From: Chlamydiales bacterium
Lineage (GTDB): Bacteria; Chlamydiota; Chlamydiia; Chlamydiales; JAAZZY01
Assembly (NCBI GenBank): GCA_965206695.1
Contig: CBDBKM010000011.1
Span: 409,045 to 473,044 of the forward strand
DNA length: 64,000 nucleotides
Reading direction: 5' to 3'
Translations under genes and position numbers: made by a program
Notes under the pieces: generated by a model
What the model saw: the letters and a program-made list of their open reading frames with translations, nothing else
Databases searched by the model: none
Told to the model about the DNA's origin: nothing
In this document: positions 20,342 to 30,914 of the stretch, piece after piece
How the letters are laid out: each line of letters starts with the position of its first letter
Position numbering within the stretch: position 1 is the stretch's first letter

Positions 20342-21054
20342 AATTAAATGACTATATAAGGCACTTCGATTCAATATCAATAGCACCTGAGATATGAAGC
20401 CTTCGACGAGCACTATTTGTTTTAAGAGCCCGGTACATACCCGTTTTTATCCAACCATGAGAAGGTTTTGTATTATGTGTCGGATGTACTCCATCCATAA
20501 AATAAATAGCTTCAGTATGCGACAAGCCGGCTTTTAATTTACGATAATATTCTAACCATTGTTCTTGAGATAAAGGGTCAGCTTTTCCGGGAATAAGCAT
20601 TGGTTTTTTATAAGAGAAACCATTAGATTTTAACCACGCTGTCATACCGGCAGGGGTGTATTTTATTTCAAATAGATTTTGTACAAGAGAGGCTATCTCT
20701 CTTGCAGAGGTATAGATATTTTCTTTTAGATGATGAATCAGCATATCACGACAGGCCGGATTAAGTTTACTTGAAGAACCTCCGTTTTCAGGAACCAACT
20801 TCCTATCTGCTTCATAGTCTAATGTATGTTGACGTACTGCTTCATGAGTAATAAACAAAGCGTGTGCTATTTTTTTATAACTCCAACCTTCATCATATAG
20901 CAATACAGCTTTAATACGATCACAAATCCTCTTGTCTCTCTCGTACTTATGCTGTTGTAAAAGCCGTTCGCGTTCTGTTGGATCTAAAAAATATTTCATG
21001 TCCGGTAGTATAGAAAAAGTTAACATATATTTTCAACTCTTCAGAAATTATGTG

Positions 21055-22703
21055 CAGGGCGATTGCATTTAAATTTTATTATTTAAAATCTCTACTATAC
21101 CCCTTATGAATCAAAGTGCCGATTCTAAGACTTGAAAATGATCATTGATTCGTTTCCTCATTGATTGAGCAATAGAGGGCCAAGTATTTTCAAAAAATCC
21201 GGTAATCGATCTCCGAAATTCTTTAGCAGAATTAAAAAACCGATTATTGCGACAATATTCATTCATCACTTTCCATAATCGTTCAATGGGATTGAGGTTA
21301 GGACTGTAAGAAGGTAAATAATAGAGAATAATACCTTGTTTTTCTGCTTCTTGTTTGGTCTGAATACTTGTATTATAAGGGCCTTGATCTAAAATAAGAT
21401 GGATATTTGGAGCTGAGAGGTATGAGGTATTTTGACCGTAGCAAAGCAAAATGCTTTGCCATGGTACCGCTATTTAATGTTTCATAAGCATCTATTGTTA
21501 CCTTCATACTGTTTAAATTGATAGACCCCATAAGATTCATTCGAGTACGAGAAGCTGTTGTTGCAATCAATTTATCTGTTCCCGGTCGAATCCAACCATA
21601 AGAAATTTTAGTTGCCATAGTTGGATGTACACCATCAGCAAATTCAACAGGCTCATTTTTAGGCAGAGATGCCATAAGCTTGGCGTAAAATTGCATCCAA
21701 GCTTTTTGTTGATCAGAATTTGCCTTAGCCGGTGTACCTTTAGGCTTTTTATAGGAAAAACCATGTGAGTGTAGCCAAGAAGTCATCCCTGAAATCGTAT
21801 AAACAATGCCATATTTCGCGAGAACATAAGAACAGATATCTTCTACTTTGACATAGGTATGAGTTGTTAAATGTTTAATGAATTCTTCTGACTGTGGCGC
21901 AAGAAGTTTACTGACTGAACCACCGCTTTCTATATGCAATTGCTGTTTATTTTGATATTCTTTAATGTGACGAGACACTGTTTCATCGTCTAAAAGCACA
22001 GCTTCAGCAATACGAGTATTACTCCAACCTTTATTCGACAATAGAACAGCCTTGATACGATCTCGTATACGACCATTCTTTTCTCGTTTATGTTGCTGTC
22101 TGAGATGCTTTTCTTCTGATAGTGTTAAAAATGAATTCATACAAAATAATTTACACTATACGAATACAAAATATCCGGAGGTTTATTCGTGATGAGTATA
22201 ATCTAGATCCTGTCATTTTCATTCGGTTTTGCATTCTTCTAATGCTAAGCTTTCCTTTCGTTTTATTGATTAAATTAAGAGCCCACTTTCTAATGATATT
22301 CATATTTTTAGGAGCATTATCTTTGTAAATTTGCGACTTATCTTCATTAAAAGTAACATCTAAAACCCAATGAAGCTTATTTTCCACCTCCCAATGAGTA
22401 CGAATGCACTCAGCAAGATGATGAGCATTTGCATTAAGTGAAGAAATATAGTACCGAGTTTCCCTAGTGTTTTTTTCTTTTATAGTTCTTTCTGATTCTA
22501 CCATAATAATTGTACAAAGTCCCGGCCATTCATATGCTTCTAACGAACCTAACTCTTCTGTAGCCCAAACTCTACGACATTCGATTCTCCCATGTCCTTT
22601 ATCTAATTGTTCGCTTTTGCTTCCATTAAATTCCTGCCAATCCAATGTTCGATGTCCATCAAAAAAGAATTTAATATCTTCGTGTAAATTGCCTTGATTA
22701 CCC
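21055..22703 (-). mobile_element. ISAs1-family remnant (3' half), interrupted by IS630-B
   Basis: KGNQ, KGHGRIE, RYYISSL, HWEVENKLHWVLDVTFNED; frame resumes after the IS as VEILNNKI*; CAGGG end. Confidence 0.88.
21098..22198 (-). mobile_element. IS630 type B, copy 2, with frameshifted transposase
   Basis: TA duplication; 7 bp longer than copy 1 because of an insertion near 21415-21430. Confidence 0.9.
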
Positions 22704-23787
22704 TTAACCCGAATATTTCATAAAACTCATTGATAGTTTCCGTAAGAGGCTTGAATTTTAGAAAAAAGGATAAATTAGTGAAAATATTCTGTTTATCGAA
22801 AAATAAGATGATTTCAGGACACACCTCCCCCTTACCCCCAACTATTTTACACGCCTTCTTTTTAAAATTGGAGTGACGTGGTTCTGTCACTTTTTACCAA
22901 TGCGAGATTCGATGTGCAATAAGCAGAAAAGTATTTTGAACCGGAAAATATTCCGATAGCAACAGACGTATTCGCCGTGTATTTCTCAAAACAATACCTC
23001 CTATTTTCAGTAACCTTAGTCGAATAGTATTCACTTGAGATTTAGCAAATGAAGTACCTCGCAGTGCAAGGGAACGCAACCTTTCTAATAAAACATAGGC
23101 AAGGGCAGAGAATAAAAGCCGTAATTGATTAGGCCACCATTTATGACAGGAGGTACGATCCGAAAATAAGAGTAACTGTTCTTTAATACGGTTTTCCGAA
23201 TCTCCCTTGTACAATAACTTTTATCATAAATTTTTTGTGGATCGTTCGTAAGAAAGGTTACAATAAATCGAGGATTTGCACCTTTAGAAGTATGTTCTGC
23301 TTTAGCTATTATTCTTCTTTCTTTTTTTCAACTCTTTGCAGCATAGAGAAAAGAAGTAAATAAACGCTGCTTTTCCTGTGTTTCCTTGAAACGTTTTTCT
23401 GCTTCATCCATTGTTCCTGAGATCTCTTTTTTTAAGCGTTTATTTCCTGCGATACCTACAACAAAATCAACTTGGTTTTTCTCACACCAATCAAAAATCT
23501 TATGCCTGCAAAAGCCGCTGTCTGCACGAAATATAATAGAACAACCCGGCCACGCCTGTCGTAATCTTTTGACTAAAAGAGATAAAACAGCCCAAGAATG
23601 TTTTGCCTGATCTTCACTACTTCTTCTAAGATAGGAGACAAGCAAATGACTACCGCAAAAAACATGCAGCGGTAAGAAACAGTCTTTTCTATAATATCCA
23701 TGGTAAAATTTCCCTTCCCGGTTACCATGTACGGGATCATCAGTAGCATCACAATCTAAAATAAGCTCTTGAGGAGGTTTTTTGAAT

Positions 23788-24886
23788 CGCCCTTTCAACA
23801 TCGAAGTGCAACAAACCGCTACAAATTAAACTTGTCTGAAGGTGGTAAAAAATCTCCTATGGTAAACGTAAGAAAACCAAGGAGGAAAGATGCCAAACGG
23901 CTACCGTCACTTAAACAAAGACAAGAGATGCCAATTGTATACCTTAATAAGAAGAGGAGATCCTATCACCTTAATTTCCAATGAGTTAAACGTAAATCGA
24001 TCGACTGTTTATCGCGAGCTAAAACGAAATTGTGGAAAGCGTGGATATCGGTATCAACAGGCTCAAGAGAAGACTTTAAAGAGACGAGGCTCAAAAACTC
24101 AACAACGAAAGATGAGCAGTGTAATGATTACCATTATCGAAGAGAAGTTAAGCGTGCAGTGGAGCCCCGATCAAATATCGGGATGGCTGAAGAAGAAAGG
24201 GTATCAAGAAGCTGTAAGCCATGAGACAATCTATAAATATATTTGGGAGGACAAAAAAAGAGGAGGCCTGTTGTATAAACACCTTAGACATAGTGGGGAA
24301 AAATATAACAAGCGAGGTAAAAATAGGGCCGGACGAGGATGTATTCCCGGACGGACAGATATTTCTGAAAGGCCTGATATCGTAGAGAAGAAAACTCGTT
24401 TAGGCGATTGGGAACTAGATACAATCATAGGAACAGAAGGGAGCGGAGTCATTGTCTCAATGGTCGAAAGAGTCTCAAAGCTAACAAAACCAGAAAAAGT
24501 CTCGCGTAAAACCGCTGAGGAAGTAAAGGATGCGCTAGTAAACAGGTTAAGACCGGTCCAAAAATTTGTCATGACATTAACTGCTGACAACGGGAAAGAA
24601 TTTACTTACCACAAACAAGTGAGTCAATTACTTGAGACAAGTTTTTACTTTGCTACCCCCTATCATTCGTGGGAGAGAGGGCTGAACGAGCATACGAATG
24701 GACTCGTTCGACAATATCTCCCTAAAAATAAACGGTTTGATGAAGTCTCAGCAGGTAATTTAAAAAAGATTGAGAACTTGCTTAACAATAGACCCCGAAA
24801 AGTGTTAAACTTTTCAACACCGGAGGAGGTGTTTAACCGTCTCAGTAAGGAAGCAGCAAGTGTTGCACTTCGATGTTGAAAGGGCG
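23788..24886 (+). mobile_element. IS30-family element, copy 2 (intact)
   Basis: 26-bp TIRs, AAT target duplication. Confidence 0.95.
23890..24879 (+). CDS. IS30 transposase
   Basis: GDWELDT, TADNGKEF, WERGLNEHTNGLVRQY, NNRPRK. Confidence 0.95.
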   Translation: MPNGYRHLNKDKRCQLYTLIRRGDPITLISNELNVNRSTVYRELKRNCGKRGYRYQQAQEKTLKRRGSKTQQRKMSSVMITIIEEKLSVQWSPDQISGWLKKKGYQEAVSHETIYKYIWEDKKRGGLLYKHLRHSGEKYNKRGKNRAGRGCIPGRTDISERPDIVEKKTRLGDWELDTIIGTEGSGVIVSMVERVSKLTKPEKVSRKTAEEVKDALVNRLRPVQKFVMTLTADNGKEFTYHKQVSQLLETSFYFATPYHSWERGLNEHTNGLVRQYLPKNKRFDEVSAGNLKKIENLLNNRPRKVLNFSTPEEVFNRLSKEAASVALRC

Positions 24887-25402
24887 AATGATTTTATAAA
24901 TGATTCAACTAAAATGCGACTAATTTTAACTGCGGTTTCTCTGTCCGCTCGGTTTTCAAAACGGCACAGTGTAGGACTACTTGCTAAAGGATGTTCAAAA
25001 TCAATTGCCGTTTGAATAGCACCGTCATCTTTAAGTTTATCATGATCGTTTAAATCCTCATAACCCAAAGCAATACCATATACTCTTTGACGCAGCATTT
25101 CGAGTATGCTATGTATCACATAATTAGGATTGCGTTTATCAGGTATACAAGCAGCTGCTTGTTCAGTCAGCTTTAGCTTTTTATCGACTTGACGCAGTAA
25201 GATAACCCCGCCGTCACTTGTAATGTTACCGCCGGTAAAGGAACATTCTATTCTTTTAGATTTTATGGGTGAAAAATTGATTTGTTTTGTGTTACATTTT
25301 GTCATGAGTATTTTTCTTATTTGTTATGTTTGGTGCAACTATACTTTAACAAGTTAAGTAAAAATACTCATTCTTTTTTCCGATTTTTATGAAATATTCG
25401 GG

Positions 25403-26157
25403 TTAAGCCAAATATTGAATAACCCGGTATTACAAGTACCTTCAAAACACATTGGAGATAAAAACTGCCCTTTAGACAGGGCTGAAATAATATTTTGCCT
25501 TATAAACTCACCTTACGCACGCCTTCTACTAAGCAGGATACAGAATCAATCCCCCTTTACGAGAGTGCGTGCGTAAGGTGAGTTATAAAGCGGTTTCCTG
25601 AAACCGCTCCAAAAACTTTTTTGCCGCGTAAGCTTCTTCCGGACTCACGAAATAAAAATTGATGAATCCCGGTTTCATCGAGATAAATTCTCTTGTCAAA
25701 GGGAATATTTTTTAAATCTTTCATAAAAGCTTCCCGTTTCTTTTCATCTCTTTCCTTATAGCGAGTAGTTTTTTTTTTCGTGTAATTTTTAATCTTTTAA
25801 GGGCATAAAAAATCGTTTGCGGAGTGACTGAAAAATAATCAGCAATTTCCGATAAAAAATAATCCGGATGTTTTTCTACATATTTAGATAACAACTCATC
25901 ATCTAATTTCTTATAAGCATATTTTCTGCGGATTGGTTTTAAATGTCCTTTTTGCTTTTTTTGCAAGATCCATCGATATATTGTTGCGATACCTACTTGA
26001 AAAATATGGCCGGCTGCTTTTTTATCATGATGTTTTTCTATATGTTGTAATACTTTCTCTCGAAGATCTACTGAATAGGCTCTAGGCATTGTTTTGTCCT
26101 TACTGTTTGTATAAAAAAAGAAGGATAACATATTATCAAATAAAAATTAAAATACTA
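25403..26157 (-). mobile_element. IS630 type A, copy 3, truncated by IS1380 and carrying the 80-bp MITE
   Basis: Reverse-complement match to the first roughly 670 bp of copy 1. Confidence 0.9.
25505..25584 (-). mobile_element. 80-bp palindromic MITE, copy 3
   Basis: Absent from the other IS630-A copies; ATA duplicated. Confidence 0.9.
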
Positions 26158-26210
26158 TACATCGAACTTGGATTAATGATGATCATTTAAAATCAATATT
26201 AACAAGTTAT

Positions 26211-26276
26211 TATTAACATAATATTAACATAATATTAACATAATATTAACATAATATTAACACAGCATTAACATAA
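26211..26276 (+). repeat. 11-bp tandem repeat (TATTAACATAA) x6 in a promoter region
   Basis: Four perfect and two degenerate units; CATAAT at 26283-26288. Confidence 0.9.
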
Positions 26277-26358
26277 ACAAAGCATAATAGCTTTGAATAC
26301 TTATAAACTAAATATAAACAACCTATTATTAATAAAAATAAATTAAAGTGTAATTATT

Positions 26359-27513
26359 ATGACTATTTATAACATACCATGTTCAAACCGATTTGAAGTT
26401 TTAGCCGACTTACCACCTGATGACTCAGAAAATAAAATATCAGGAATACCTCAAGCCGACTTACCACCTGATGACTCAGAAAATAAAATATCAGGAATAC
26501 CTCAAGCCGACTCACCACCTGATGGCTCAGACAATACAATATCAAGAATATCTAAGTCAGGATTGACAAGCTTATTCACAGCATATTTATTAGCCTTTTC
26601 TTCATCAGGTACAAATGGCTTAAGAGTTCCTGAGTGTAAGGATCTGATGCAACCTTTTTTCATTAAAGTTCCAGCTAACAACATTCAAGCTTTTAACCTC
26701 GAAGTTTTAGGGCCACGGTGTGTTAATCCTATGGATCCTCTTAATCAAGATCCCTTTGGAATCAAAACAGCACATCAAGAAAAACTCAAACCAACATCTC
26801 CTAACCCAAATTGTACAGAATTTCCTAATCAAAAATATCGGAAAGGTGCCAATCCATCCAATATAACAAACTTTATAGAAGGTGCGATTCAAGAATTTAA
26901 AGATTTCGATCAATACCTGAACTCTCAACATTTTAGCTGTTATTTAGGTAAAAAAAATCAGCGCCTTGGAAAATTTCAAATTCTAGGTGGAGGAGTAGTA
27001 AAAAGGACTTTTACGCACGATGACTACCCCAGTGTTGCATTTAAAATAAACAATAAAGTACTAAGCCTGATCATAGGTCATAGCTTGCAACAGAACGTAA
27101 AAAACGCCGGAAGAATTGAAGAAGTAATAAAAAAATACGGCTATAAATATCTAATAACAAGCCAACCTATTCTTTTTAAAAAAGGAGATCTTGAACTTAT
27201 ATTTGAAAACGAACAATCTTTTATAAACTATGAAACAGCAGAAAATGTGATCCCTCAAGAAATACGTCAAAGAGCAGAAGAGGAGTTGTGTCACCTTGTC
27301 GGGGAAACTCACTTAACCGATATAAACCTAAAGGAGACCCATAATGTAGCCTATATAAAAGATGAAAACGGAGAGTTCAAGTTATGCCTTTTTGATTTTG
27401 ATATGGTCTCTCCGGAATTGAAGGCCAAGGACCCAATAGGGCGGAGTCAATCAGAAAAAACATACTATGAACTCGCGAGGGAGAAAGCTCTAAAAAAATG
27501 CGTAATTTCATAG
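26359..27513 (+). CDS. Hypothetical protein with atypical protein-kinase-like motifs and N-terminal 17-aa repeats
   Basis: LGGGVVK, VAFK, HLTDINLKETHN, LFDFD in kinase order. Confidence 0.7.
   Translation: MTIYNIPCSNRFEVLADLPPDDSENKISGIPQADLPPDDSENKISGIPQADSPPDGSDNTISRISKSGLTSLFTAYLLAFSSSGTNGLRVPECKDLMQPFFIKVPANNIQAFNLEVLGPRCVNPMDPLNQDPFGIKTAHQEKLKPTSPNPNCTEFPNQKYRKGANPSNITNFIEGAIQEFKDFDQYLNSQHFSCYLGKKNQRLGKFQILGGGVVKRTFTHDDYPSVAFKINNKVLSLIIGHSLQQNVKNAGRIEEVIKKYGYKYLITSQPILFKKGDLELIFENEQSFINYETAENVIPQEIRQRAEEELCHLVGETHLTDINLKETHNVAYIKDENGEFKLCLFDFDMVSPELKAKDPIGRSQSEKTYYELAREKALKKCVIS
26404..26550 (+). repeat. 51-bp coding tandem repeat (ADLPPDDSENKISGIPQ), about 3 copies
   Basis: Units start at 26404, 26455 and 26506. 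Confidence 0.9.
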
Positions 27514-27541
27514 ACAGGCTTAAGGACCATCTGAAATAAGT

Positions 27542-27630
27542 GATTGGAAAGACTTCTACATAACTGATTCCTGATAATACTTTTTTTAAAATCATTATCA
27601 GGAATCAGTTATGTAGAAGTCTTTCCAATC
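27542..27630. repeat. Perfect 37-bp inverted repeat with 15-nt loop
   Basis: Arms at 27542-27578 and 27594-27630; inner part matches the IS5 end at 54632-54660. Confidence 0.9.
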
Positions 27631-27885
27631 GAATTTACAAATAAAATATCTCGTCTAATCAAAAAAGAGGTAAGGGTTGTTCAAACAAGATACTTTTATA
27701 GAAATCCCCTTTTGAATTTTTGGATGATACTTTTTCTACATTGTGGAAGAAAGTAAACCTTGAATTAATCCCGGGATATAGCCGATTATCAAAAAATTGC
27801 TATTTAGCATTAGAAACACAACTCATCTTTGCTGTTTTATCAGATCTTATTCTTTACAAGCTTTTGAAATTCGGCAGGAAACATC

Positions 27886-27917
27886 TTAATGACTCCTTAA
27901 TGAATTTATTATATAAT
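27886..27917 (+). promoter_or_regulatory. Putative promoter TTAA-N7-TTAA-N11-TATAAT
   Basis: cTTAAtgactccTTAAtgaatttattaTATAAT, 48 nt before the ATG at 27966. Confidence 0.45.
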
Positions 27918-27965
27918 TTGGTGAAATTTTTTTTAAACCTTTTAAATTATAACAGTGAGGAAATT

Positions 27966-28700
27966 ATGATTAACAAAGCAAACTGGCCCTGTACATTGAA
28001 CCTTCTTCATGATGCGAAAATAGTCGCTGATGAAGTCAATCATGAAACCCTTTGTAAGCAAGAGGGAACAAACTCTAATTATACCCCCCCTTATATTAGC
28101 CACCAGCATTATTTTGGTATGCCATATGGAGGCTACCCCGGATACTTTTCCGGTTTTAGAGGAACAGAAGAATCCTCTAAAAATAACAGTTGGAGTACAC
28201 CAATTGGCATAGCAGCAGCAGTTGTTTCAATGGCAACGATATATTTCATTGGTCAAGACTGGGGATCGATTAACAATGCCAATGACGATCTCGAACGATT
28301 AAAATCCCAAAAAGAGATCGCTCTTTTAGAACTTAAAGAAAAAAACGTTTCTTCTCGTACGAAGAAACAGGTGGAACGGGTAGCGGAGAAACAAGAAAAA
28401 ATCTTTAAGCTTGTACGAGAAGATGCTCAGTGGGGCCTTCTGACAAAATCCGGATTACTCAGCTCAGCGATAACAGCTGCCGGCGGAGCATTTTTACTCG
28501 CTTCATGGCCAATAACCGTTATTGGAATAACAGGTGGATTCGTAAGTTCATTAAGTGTTCTTTTCCGGGCCGGTTTCAATACGACAACCAGCCACATCAA
28601 AAAAGAAGCCGGCGATCTAGCTAGACAAGTAAGTTATTTAGAAAGTTCAAACATTCCGGATATTACCGGTTTAGAATCCTTTAAATTTGCAGTAGCTTAA
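27966..28700 (+). CDS. Hypothetical membrane protein, Inc-like (bilobed hydrophobic domain plus coiled coil)
   Basis: GAGG RBS before ATG 27966; about 40-aa hydrophobic stretch LLSSAITAAGG...LSVLF. Confidence 0.72.
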   Translation: MINKANWPCTLNLLHDAKIVADEVNHETLCKQEGTNSNYTPPYISHQHYFGMPYGGYPGYFSGFRGTEESSKNNSWSTPIGIAAAVVSMATIYFIGQDWGSINNANDDLERLKSQKEIALLELKEKNVSSRTKKQVERVAEKQEKIFKLVREDAQWGLLTKSGLLSSAITAAGGAFLLASWPITVIGITGGFVSSLSVLFRAGFNTTTSHIKKEAGDLARQVSYLESSNIPDITGLESFKFAVA

Positions 28701-29326
28701 TTCTTTATCGGAGCAAAAGAGCGCCTGTGTATCGGGCATGGGCCATGCTCTTTTATTGCATCACAATGTTTCTTGGTTCCATAACCTTTATTTGTATCGA
28801 AAGCATATTGAGGCCATTGAATATGGTGCTCTTTCATCAATCTATCTCGCGTCTCTTTAGCAATAATAGAAGCTGTTGCAATGGATAAAGATCGCCGGTC
28901 ACCTTTTATGATCTTTTTGCAGGGAACTTTATTATAATAAAGACGGAGACCGTCTACCAATAAATATTGAGCTTTAACAGATAGATTATCTAAAGCTTCC
29001 TTCATAGCCAATTGAGTAGCCATTAAGATATTTATTTGATCAATGATATCATGTTTTACAATACCGACAGCATAGATAATTTGAGGATCATTAGTGATCT
29101 GTTCAAAAAGTGTTGCTCTTTGAACAGATGTTAACTTTTTACTGTCATCAATACCGCAGGCAAATAAATATTCTTTTGGTAGAATACAGGCTGCAGCAAC
29201 GACCGGACCTGCTAATGGCCCTCTACCGGCCTCATCAATTCCGGCAACATGATCATACCCCTCTTCCCAAACTTGTCTTTCGAATTTTAAAAGACCTAGC
29301 TGACGAAGTCGCTCATTAGCATCCAT
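28697..29326 (-). CDS. rnhB: Ribonuclease HII
   Basis: GIDEAGRGPLAGPV, DSKKL, HRRSF. Confidence 0.96.
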   Translation of the reverse strand: MDANERLRQLGLLKFERQVWEEGYDHVAGIDEAGRGPLAGPVVAAACILPKEYLFACGIDDSKKLTSVQRATLFEQITNDPQIIYAVGIVKHDIIDQINILMATQLAMKEALDNLSVKAQYLLVDGLRLYYNKVPCKKIIKGDRRSLSIATASIIAKETRDRLMKEHHIQWPQYAFDTNKGYGTKKHCDAIKEHGPCPIHRRSFAPIKN

Positions 29327-29338
29327 ACCAATTCCTTT

Positions 29339-29854
29339 TTATTCAGTAGATTCGTCAGTATTTTCGTGCTTTTTCTCCGGTTCCTTAGGTTGTTGTTCAC
29401 TTTTCTGTTCTTCAGCTTGAACCGGAGCATCTTGAGCTTCAACCACATTTTCTTCTGATTTTTTCTTAGAAATTGCTTGATTAACGGTAACTCTTTTTGA
29501 AGCTCCCATTTGACCTTTAACTTTAGATTTTTTACCGGTAGTACCACGTAAATAATATAGTTTACCACGTCTAACAATTCCTTCACGAATCACTTCAATC
29601 TTTGATATTCTAGGACTATGGATAAGAAAAACACGTTCCATACCTGCACCATAAGCTACACGGTGTATTGAAACCGTCTCAGAAACGCCGCAGCCTTTTC
29701 TGGCAATAACGGTCCCGGTAAATATTTGAGTACGTTCCTTTTCTCCTTCGATAATACGAGTATGTAAACGTACGGTATCTCCCACACGAAACTCCGGAAT
29801 ATCTCTTTTCATCTGCTCTTTTTCGAGTTCCTCAATGACAGCGCACTTGCTCAT
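29339..29854 (-). CDS. rplS: 50S ribosomal protein L19 with charged C-terminal extension
   Basis: FRVGDTV, EGEKERTQIF, KLYYLR. Confidence 0.95.
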   Translation of the reverse strand: MSKCAVIEELEKEQMKRDIPEFRVGDTVRLHTRIIEGEKERTQIFTGTVIARKGCGVSETVSIHRVAYGAGMERVFLIHSPRISKIEVIREGIVRRGKLYYLRGTTGKKSKVKGQMGASKRVTVNQAISKKKSEENVVEAQDAPVQAEEQKSEQQPKEPEKKHENTDESTE

Positions 29855-30582
29855 TTCTTTTTCTCCTCATTAACTTGTAAAACCTCACCGTTAAGGTGAT
29901 TGCAATGCTTAAATTTTTCTATTAAATCCGGACGGTTCATTTGAGTTTTTTCTAAGGCTTTTTCAAAACGCCATTTGGCAATATGTCCATGGTTACCATT
30001 CAATAACACTTTGGGAACCTCCTTGCCTTCAAATACTTCAGGCCTAGTATAGTGAGGGCAATCCAATATTCCATTTTGAAACGAATCTTGCTTAACACTT
30101 GCCTTATGCCCCAATACACCCGGGATATAACGGACCAGCACATCAACTAATACAATCGATGCGATGCAACCGTTTGTTAATACATAATCTCCAATACTAA
30201 TTTCCTCATCAATATATTGTTGGATGATTCTCTCATCTATCCCCTCGTAATGCCCACACAATAATATCAAATGGGAGTCGCCGGCTAGCTTCTCCGCTTT
30301 GTCAGGAGTCAATCTAGATCCTTGAGGAGATAGTAAGATAACCTTTGAATGATCACTTCGAAGGGCTAATATTGATTTGGCAATAGGTTCTGCTAACAAA
30401 ACCATGCCGGGGCCTCCTCCATATGGACGATCATCTACTTGCTTATGCTTTCCATGCGCATAATCTCTAATGTCATGTAACTCTATTTCAAGTAATCCTT
30501 TTTCCCGGGCTCTTTTGATGATACTCTCATCAAAAGGACCACGAAAATATCCGGGGAATAAACTTAAAATATCGATTCGCAT
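29851..30582 (-). CDS. trmD: tRNA (guanine-N1)-methyltransferase
   Basis: VDDRPYGGGPGMV, CGHYEGIDER, SIGDYVL. Confidence 0.96.
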   Translation of the reverse strand: MRIDILSLFPGYFRGPFDESIIKRAREKGLLEIELHDIRDYAHGKHKQVDDRPYGGGPGMVLLAEPIAKSILALRSDHSKVILLSPQGSRLTPDKAEKLAGDSHLILLCGHYEGIDERIIQQYIDEEISIGDYVLTNGCIASIVLVDVLVRYIPGVLGHKASVKQDSFQNGILDCPHYTRPEVFEGKEVPKVLLNGNHGHIAKWRFEKALEKTQMNRPDLIEKFKHCNHLNGEVLQVNEEKKK

Positions 30583-30587
30583 AAGAT

Positions 30588-30914
30588 TTAAGCAACTTTC
30601 TCTGCTTTTTTCTTAGCGCGCTTTGCTAATTCTCTATCAAGCCTCTCTTTATAAAAGCCTTTGATGAAAGCAGGATTTACACGTTTGACTAAAGTTTCCA
30701 ATTTTGGTGTCATTTGGGCACCATGCTTTAACCAATGTTCTAATCGATCCATTTTAACTTCAATATTCGATTCAGTACCCGGTTGAAAAGGGTTATACCA
30801 ACCTAACATTTCAACATATTTCCCATCTCTGGGATATCGACTATCAGCTACAACCAACCGATAAAATGTACGGTTTTTCCGTCCCTGTGCTCTCAATCTG
30901 ATCTTTAACGCCAT
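30588..30914 (-). CDS. rpsP: 30S ribosomal protein S16
   Basis: KIRL, YRLVVADSRYPRDG. Confidence 0.96.
   Translation of the reverse strand: MALKIRLRAQGRKNRTFYRLVVADSRYPRDGKYVEMLGWYNPFQPGTESNIEVKMDRLEHWLKHGAQMTPKLETLVKRVNPAFIKGFYKERLDRELAKRAKKKAEKVA

Larger units (their letters stand above)
19420..20354 (+). mobile_element. IS630-family element, type A, copy 2
   Basis: 935 bp, TA duplication, near-identical to 140-1074. Confidence 0.95.
19006..21054 (-). mobile_element. IS630-family element, type C, interrupted by IS630-A
   Basis: N-half ORF 21026-20352 (FMDGVHP); C-half to 19013 (CDNAGYY, LPPYSPNLNPIE). Confidence 0.88.
22708..25402 (-). mobile_element. IS1380-family element, pseudogenised and interrupted by IS30
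   Basis: TIRs CCCGAATATTTCATAAAA, TTAA flanks; TSDGG, GYEDLNDHD, DATDDPVHG, RADSGF. Confidence 0.9.

Noticed and set aside
26404..26550. Possible CRISPR or iteron array
   Set aside because: 51-bp tandem coding repeat without spacers
27720..27965. N-terminal 82 aa of the 326-aa ORF
   Set aside because: TTG start without RBS; a promoter-like motif and RBS point to ATG 27966
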